From Candidatus Poribacteria bacterium (GTDB taxonomy: Bacteria; Poribacteria; WGA-4E; WGA-3G), in the NCBI GenBank assembly GCA_965215265.1, contig OZ244048.1:1632001-1696000 (forward strand): DNA of 64,000 nt, in the 5' to 3' direction. The translations under genes and the position numbers were made by a program. Below, one piece after another: positions 58,240 to 64,000 of this stretch (position 1 is its first letter; each line of letters starts with the position of its first letter). The notes under the pieces were generated by a model, which did no database searches, was not told where the DNA came from, and worked only from the letters and a program-made list of their open reading frames with translations.

Positions 58240-60213
58240 TTAAGGAGTAACAGCCCTCGCGCACCGGAACCCGACACCGCCGTACGTGAACGTCGGGGTA
58301 AGCCTGCTGCGACCGGCGACACGCAGTTTTCGTGTAGGACTGTTCCAACTACCGCCACGCAACACGCGAGAGGAAGAGATCATAGCGGTCATATAGCGAT
58401 TTACAATCTCAGCCACATTCACGAGCGTACTGCCAGACACACCACTCAGCGGATTCCGAGACGGAGACTCAGAATAGAAATCCGCATCATACGCATCAAG
58501 ACACCACTCGTAAACGTTGCCTGCCATATCATACAGCCCATACCCGTTCGCAGCATAACTCCCCACAGCCGTTGTATTGCCTACATTCCTACCGTGGTTG
58601 GCGTTATTAGGCGTTATCGTGTCCCCCCACGGGTATTTCTTACCAACTAACCCACCGCGTGCCGCTTTCTCCCACTCCGCCTCCGTTGGCAGACGCTTAC
58701 CTGCCCACACGGAATATGCCATCGCACCATACCACGACACATACCTCACGGGATGGTTCGCCTTACCCACTGGATAGTTATTACCTTCCCAAAGCATTAG
58801 GTACTTACCATTGTGGAAGGCATCCGGAATCTGCGTCTTCTGCCACTCGGGGTTCGCCAGCAGAAAACTTTTATACTCGGCGTTCGTCACTTCGTGCATA
58901 TCCATATAGAACGCGTCCACATACACCGTCCGCACAGGCTGCTCGTCACCATCGGCCTCGGCATCGTTGCTGCCCATCTGGAACTCGCCCGCGGGGATGA
59001 GTGCCATCCCTGCAGGCACCGATGTTGCACTCACACAACGAAACCCGGTGAAGCTTGCCGTGAACGTCGGCTCCCTCTTGAACCTATCGGCGACGCGCTG
59101 GTAACGCACATCAGCACGCCAATTACCACCCCGCAACACCCGCATTGACTTCACATTTACGCCAATGTAGTCCGATACAATCTCAGCCACATTCGCGAGC
59201 ATACTACCAGACACACCACACAGCGGATTCCGAGACGGAGACTTTTTATAAAATTTCTTATCCCACGCATCAAGACACCACTCGTGAACGTTCCCGGCCA
59301 TGTCGAACAGCCCATACCCGTTCGCAGCATAACTCCCCACAGAAGTCGTATCGTCTACATTCCTATCGTAGTTCGCATCGTTCGGCGTTATCATGTCTCC
59401 CCACGGATACTTCAGACCTGCCTCCCCACCGCGTGCCGCTTTCTCCCATTCCGCCTCCGTTGGCAGACGCTTCCCTGCCCACGCAGCATAAGCCATCGCC
59501 GCATGCCACGACACATACCTCACAGGATGGTCCCCCTTACCCACTGGATAGTTATTACCGTCCCAACGGTTTAGGTAAGAACCAAAGTGGAAGGCATCCG
59601 AAATACGCCCCTTCTGCCACTCGGGATTCGCCAGCACAAAAGTTTGATACTCAGCGTTCGTCACTTCGTGCGTATCCATATAGAACGCGTCCACATGCAC
59701 CGTATGCACAGGCTGCTCGTTATCCCGCGCATCAGCATCGTTGCTGCCCATCTGGAAGGTGCCGCCGGGGATGAGCACCATCCCTGCAGGCGCAGACGCG
59801 GGAGCCGCAGGCGCAGACGCGGGAGCCGCAGGCGCAGACGCTGCACCGTTAAACCCCGCCGCTACTAACACCACGTCTCCTATATCCACTACACTATTCC
59901 CGTTCATATCTGCCGAACTGTTACCGCGGGTTCCCAGGCGCGCCGCTACCAATGCCAAATCCACTATATCCACACGGCCATCACCATTCACATCCGCATC
60001 ACCTTTGACAGCCGAAAGCATGCCGACATCCGCAGGCAGGCTTACCCCTTGCGCACACACAGCGCCAACACTCCCTAAACTCAAAACTATACACGCCAAT
60101 ATTGCTAACATCACTGACACGCTGTTATTAGTCATTACAGTCCTCCAAACCTTTGACACTTTTTTAGCGGACATTACAGTCCTCCAAACCTTTGACACTT
60201 TTTTATTACACAT
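58240..60213 (-). CDS. Secreted dockerin-like + two FGE-sulfatase (CLec-fold) domains; putative DGR target
   Basis: Signal peptide; DVNGDGRVDIVD and DMNGNSVVDIGD loops; ASAPAAP linker repeats; 2 FGE domains, terminal one ending GFRCARAVTP. Confidence 0.88.
   Translation of the reverse strand: MCNKKVSKVWRTVMSAKKVSKVWRTVMTNNSVSVMLAILACIVLSLGSVGAVCAQGVSLPADVGMLSAVKGDADVNGDGRVDIVDLALVAARLGTRGNSSADMNGNSVVDIGDVVLVAAGFNGAASAPAAPASAPAAPASAPAGMVLIPGGTFQMGSNDADARDNEQPVHTVHVDAFYMDTHEVTNAEYQTFVLANPEWQKGRISDAFHFGSYLNRWDGNNYPVGKGDHPVRYVSWHAAMAYAAWAGKRLPTEAEWEKAARGGEAGLKYPWGDMITPNDANYDRNVDDTTSVGSYAANGYGLFDMAGNVHEWCLDAWDKKFYKKSPSRNPLCGVSGSMLANVAEIVSDYIGVNVKSMRVLRGGNWRADVRYQRVADRFKREPTFTASFTGFRCVSATSVPAGMALIPAGEFQMGSNDAEADGDEQPVRTVYVDAFYMDMHEVTNAEYKSFLLANPEWQKTQIPDAFHNGKYLMLWEGNNYPVGKANHPVRYVSWYGAMAYSVWAGKRLPTEAEWEKAARGGLVGKKYPWGDTITPNNANHGRNVGNTTAVGSYAANGYGLYDMAGNVYEWCLDAYDADFYSESPSRNPLSGVSGSTLVNVAEIVNRYMTAMISSSRVLRGGSWNSPTRKLRVAGRSRLTPTFTYGGVGFRCARAVTP
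60133..60213 (-). repeat. 39-bp tandem duplication copying RBS+ATG
   Basis: AAAAAAGTGTCAAAGGTTTGGAGGACTGTAATG x2; in-frame ATGs at 60213, 60174 and 60135. Confidence 0.85.
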
Positions 60214-60325
60214 TATATACCTCCAAATGCCGCGAAACACTCGCGGCTAAAAATACGAGGGGTTGGAGGCGAGACCGCCGCGTCAAACGCAGACGGCACA
60301 CACACCCTTACACCTCTCTCACGCT

Positions 60326-60934
60326 TTACTTCCTTATCAACATCTTCTGCGTGGCGGAGAAGTCGCCGGCACGCAGCGTATAGAAATAGATACCACTTGC
60401 AACACGCTCACCAGAGGCGTTGCGCCCGTCCCAATACGCGGCACGCGCCTTGCTCTCGTAACGGCCCGCCGCTTGATGTCCCAACGCTAACGTCCTAACC
60501 AAACGCCCGTCCAACGCATAGATGGACACCTCCACATCCGCTGGCACTGCCAGTTGATAAGGTATCCACGTCTCTGGGTTGAACGGATTCGGATAGTTCG
60601 CTAACAGCCGCGGCCGCTCCACAGGCTGCATCTCCCACAGCACCTGTTCAAGGTTCGCTATCCCCTTTGCAAAAACCGCGGAGCCGTCATTGTTGGCACG
60701 TAACAGCGACAACCACTCTGCAACCGTTTCAGGAGAAACCGAGTCAGCGGAGACGGCAGGCAAGCTACGTGCTATGCTTGTGAGCCCGTCAACCGGAGGC
60801 GCAACGCGCTGCGTCTCTGAGTGAACCGGCATCAAGCCGTATTGCGCTTTTACCAGTCCGTAGCAGGCAAACACTAACACCAGCCCGCCCAAGAAAATCA
60901 CGATGCCTTTTTTCGGGTTCTTCCAATCTTTCAT
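60326..60934 (-). CDS. Stand-alone secreted T9SS-CTD/FlgD-Ig-like domain protein
   Basis: Signal/anchor helix; GIANLEQVL helix; LLANYPNPFNPETWIPYQLA...WDGRNASGERVASGIYFY...KMLIRK. Confidence 0.85.
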   Translation of the reverse strand: MKDWKNPKKGIVIFLGGLVLVFACYGLVKAQYGLMPVHSETQRVAPPVDGLTSIARSLPAVSADSVSPETVAEWLSLLRANNDGSAVFAKGIANLEQVLWEMQPVERPRLLANYPNPFNPETWIPYQLAVPADVEVSIYALDGRLVRTLALGHQAAGRYESKARAAYWDGRNASGERVASGIYFYTLRAGDFSATQKMLIRK

Positions 60935-61017
60935 TTCAAAATATCCTTTCGGACGATGTGTCCGTTGTCGATGCGGTTATCGCACCGGTTAGGTTTATAA
61001 GTCGTTATCAGTTTGAT

Positions 61018-61157
61018 TGCGGGTGGGCAGGCGTGCCGAAGCACGCTGTCCACGCACAAATAGGTGAATAGCCAATACGAGCCCACGGTAGGGTGCCGGG
61101 CGATTGTCGCCTCGGCGCCGTTGACATAAGCCGACTCGGCTTGTTAGCGCACCCGCA
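61018..61157 (-). ncRNA. Candidate structured RNA/leader
   Basis: Closing stem TGCGGGTG/CACCCGCA enclosing AAGCCGAGTCGGCTT, GGCGA-CAA-TCGCC and GCGTGC-TTCG-GCACGC. Confidence 0.4.
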
Positions 61158-61200
61158 CACAGAAGCCCGGGGCTCCGACAAGGGGTGCCGCACGCATCAG

Positions 61201-61250
61201 AAAAAAAGCCTGCAACGGCCTCCACCGTCCGAGACGGTAGGCGTGCAGGC
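61201..61250 (-). terminator. Intrinsic terminator/attenuator upstream of the CTD gene
   Basis: GCCTGCA-CGCCT-ACCGTC-TCG-GACGGT-GG-AGGC-CGT-TGCAGGC followed by T7. Confidence 0.7.
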
Positions 61251-61570
61251 GTGAGAAAGCAGCGACTAAGGGTGATGCGGCTTGAGTTAATAAAATGGTT
61301 AACGTACGTAAATCTGGGGGGGGTCAATCGTCTTAACAGGCAGTTAAAACACACGACAGCACGGTATATGCACGCGTTCGCGCAAAGATGCCAACCCCGC
61401 AGCACAGGGCAGCTCACTCTGCTTATGGGATACACGGACTCTCGGTGTTTCATCTGTTTTATCTCTTTCAGCTCAAAACAGAGAGCGTCTCCGACGAGAT
61501 TTACATCGGATTTCAGATAACATAAACCCGTATAGTACCGAGATAGACAAAATTCTGATTCGAGTGAATG

Positions 61571-61807
61571 CATTTTAGCCGAAAACAACACTTTTTGGCA
61601 AACTTTTTTTTGCCTGACTCAAAAGTTGTTTTGCATTATCGCACAATGAACATTTTTTTGTCAACTCTTTTTTCCGAAATAAAAAAGAGACGAACACATT
61701 TTAGCCGAAAATCACACTTTTTGGCAAACTTTTTTTTGCATGACTCAAAAGTTGTTTTGCATTATCGCATAACGAACGTTTGTTTGTCAACTCTTTTTTT
61801 CAAATTT
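61571..61807 (-). repeat. ~110-bp direct duplication, each copy with two sigma-70-like promoters
   Basis: Copies 61571-61680 and 61697-61807; each has TTGACA-18-GATAAT and TTGCCA-18-TAAAAT on the minus strand. Confidence 0.75.
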
Positions 61808-61998
61808 TTTCGTCTCTTTCAGCACGTCACCGACGGTTTTTTGGTCTCTTTCAGCGCTTAAGACAATGCAAAACAGAGATAGACTCTGGCGACATTTGGA
61901 CAAGGCTTATCAAAACATCAGACGACGGTGATGGACTCAAATAGACAAAAATCGGATTTCACATTACATAAACCCGTATAGTACCGAGATAGACAAGT

Positions 61999-62480
61999 TT
62001 ATCTTGCAGGCCCAATCAGCAGCACCGCGGCTGGCAGCGATGTCTTTTCCGAGTTTTCAAACGCTCTATTGATACTGCGCATGTCAGCATCAGTTGCCAA
62101 TATCTCATAAGGCAAACTCCACGCGTGCAACGTCGGCTCCAACAATGTCGCGACTGAATCAACCCACTGGCCATTTTCATCTCGATTATGATAGCCACGA
62201 TACCCGATGAAGACTACAACGGGTATCTGCATATTTATAACTGTGCCGCGGATAGCATCGCCGGATGCCAGAAAGCCTGTGTTCTGGATGATGATAACAG
62301 GTCGTTTGCCACCGACATACAACCCGGAGGCGATGGCGAATGCCTTACCGTGATGACTTCAATGTCTGATTCTACCCGGAGACATTCATAAATTTTCGCA
62401 CTGCCATTATCAGGAACGCCCACGGCATGTGTGATATTCCATTTTTTTATTTCAGCCACTATGTTTTGTGCTGATGCCAT
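61999..62480 (-). pseudogene. Frameshifted sulfopyruvate/phosphonopyruvate decarboxylase alpha-like (TPP-binding N-terminal domain)
   Basis: GVPD...EVITV then frameshift at ~62345 removing the conserved RE-E segment; continues AFAIASGLYVGG...IQNTG. Confidence 0.75.
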
Positions 62481-62648
62481 ATCGGACTCCTATGTGCGTT
62501 CTGACAAAATGCATGAGGGACAGATGTAGATTTCTGTCCCGATTCATGCTCCTAATATCTATCCAAGGATTTCTGTCAAGTTATCAGAAAATCATGGACA
62601 CAAGATTTTGGCTGGATCGGATAACCTCATAACCGCTTGCAGCTCAGC

Positions 62649-63010
62649 TTACCTTCTGCCTTCAACTAAAGCGTCAACGACTGTCGGATCTGCGAGCGTT
62701 GAAATGTCGCCGAGGCTAGTGATGTCACCTTCTGCAATTTTGCGAAGAATACGCCGCATAATCTTAATTGCCAATTCCGGTACCATCTGTAGATAAATAC
62801 AAACCCGGTCGCCTTTGTGAACTCCTTGTGCTTTTAGGACACTGGCGAATTTTTTGACTTCTGCTAAGAGTTCGTTGTAGGTGAATGTTTTATCTTCGGA
62901 AGGATGGTTTCCTTCCCAAATAAGAGACGTTGCGTCGCCGTGCCCAGCTTCAACGTGCCGGTCCAAGCAGTTATAGCATGCGTTCAGAGTGCCTCCTTTA
63001 AACCATTTAA
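62649..63010 (-). pseudogene. acs: Acetyl-CoA synthetase remnant with large internal deletion
   Basis: KWFKGGTLNACYNCLDRH...GDRVCIYLQMVPELAI fused directly to the C-terminal KIMRRILRKIA...GDISTLADP. Confidence 0.85.
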
Positions 63011-63162
63011 TACCTTGCTAACGTCCGAATTGTCCGTTACCCCGTTGAACCAGAACAACCTGTACATCTTTACACAGAGGTGCGAAACAAGAATGATATT
63101 GAAGCAATGACATTCTTTTCTATAGACAGGAGCCCCTTTTTCGATGTCTGAACGCCTCAGTT

Positions 63163-64000
63163 TTAGGATATGCCAACGGCTTTACGAACCTTACGTAATA
63201 TCGGCACGGCGATGTCTCGCGCTTTTTCGGCACCCTGCAGTAGCACTTGATCTAACTCACCACGTTTTTCCATCAACGCGTTGTACGTTTCGCGTTGTGC
63301 AGAAAAAGTCGTCTCTAGCAACGCAAAGAGTTCATTTTTCATATCACCGTATCCGAGTCCACCCTCAATATAGAGCTGTCGTTTTGCCTCAACCGCATCC
63401 GCATCGGCAAAATGTTGGTAAATCGCAAAGACATTGCATGCTTCAGGGTCCTTCGGATCTTCAGGACGTTTCGAATCGGTGACAATCCGTCTCACCTGCT
63501 TGCGAATCTCGTTAGGCGGTGCGAAAAGCGGGATGACGTTGTTATAACTTTTGCTCATTTTTCTGCCGTCAAGCCCGGGAATCGTCATAACCTCTTTCCG
63601 AATAACGGCTTCTGGAATCGTCAAGACGTTCCGATAGTTTTTATTAAAAGCGAGGGCGACATCGCGCGTAACTTCAAGGTGTTGCTGCTGGTCAAGTCCG
63701 ACGGGGACGACGTGCGCGCCAAACAGCAAGATATCCGCTGCCATCAAAACAGGATACGTAAACAAGCCGGTGTTGATGCGCTTATCGGCTTCGCGGCCCG
63801 CAGCAACGTTGTCATCAACTAGCGCTTTGTAGGCGTGAGCGCGGTTAAGCAGCCCTTTCGCTGTGAAACAGGACAACACCCACGCTAATTCAAATACCTC
63901 AGGAATATCCGATTGACGGTAGAAGATAACCTCATCCGGATTTAATCCTAATGCCAACCACGTTGCAGTCGCTTGATACGTCAAATCCTGCAGCTCCCGC
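63163..64000 (-). CDS. trpS: Tryptophan--tRNA ligase (5' end beyond window)
   Basis: YPVLMAADIL, VPVGLDQQQH, KMSKS. Confidence 0.96.
   Translation of the reverse strand, partial: RELQDLTYQATATWLALGLNPDEVIFYRQSDIPEVFELAWVLSCFTAKGLLNRAHAYKALVDDNVAAGREADKRINTGLFTYPVLMAADILLFGAHVVPVGLDQQQHLEVTRDVALAFNKNYRNVLTIPEAVIRKEVMTIPGLDGRKMSKSYNNVIPLFAPPNEIRKQVRRIVTDSKRPEDPKDPEACNVFAIYQHFADADAVEAKRQLYIEGGLGYGDMKNELFALLETTFSAQRETYNALMEKRGELDQVLLQGAEKARDIAVPILRKVRKAVGIS

Noticed and set aside
60940-61012. Hammerhead ribozyme (CTGATAA...GGAC-GTCC-GAAA on the minus strand)
   Set aside because: Core CUGANGA is not matched and the flanking stems are not evident
60935-61560. DGR template repeat or RT near the target gene
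   Set aside because: No similarity to the VR scaffold (CGTGTCGCC...GGGTTCCGG) and no RT motifs recognised in the window
60995-61591. 198-aa ORF as a real protein
   Set aside because: No recognisable domain, Cys/Arg-rich composition, and it spans a repeat arm, a terminator and hairpins

Overview
64-kb bacterial chromosomal window, most likely Candidatus Poribacteria (inferred from the dockerin-like and 'LLANYPNPFNPETWIPYQLA' C-terminal domains and the FGE-sulfatase and sulfotransferase expansions; not verified by search). In order it holds: a sulfated-polysaccharide cluster (1-11.8 kb); mixed metabolic genes; an ANTAR-controlled nasT-nirA-narK-nasA nitrate assimilation operon; a secreted caspase-like/peptidase cluster; gnd and neighbours; a heterodimeric ABC exporter; the rpsB-tsf-frr-cdsA-dxr-rseP-udg-priA string lacking pyrH and uppS; a dockerin-FGE gene; two pseudogenes; and partial trpS. 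Two things stand out. (1) Five FGE-sulfatase (C-type-lectin fold) domains in two genes 26 kb apart carry variable regions with an NNC codon signature and a shared post-stop motif plus hairpin, i.e. probable remote targets of a diversity-generating retroelement whose RT and template are not in the window. (2) A degenerate fixed-length palindromic repeat family (about 62-bp arms, about 160-bp full element) occupies most gene junctions of two operons. It forms arrays of truncated arms, supplies RBS/start/stop signals, sits in-frame inside proteins and hosts smaller palindrome families. No rRNA, tRNA, CRISPR array, transposase or reverse transcriptase was recognised.
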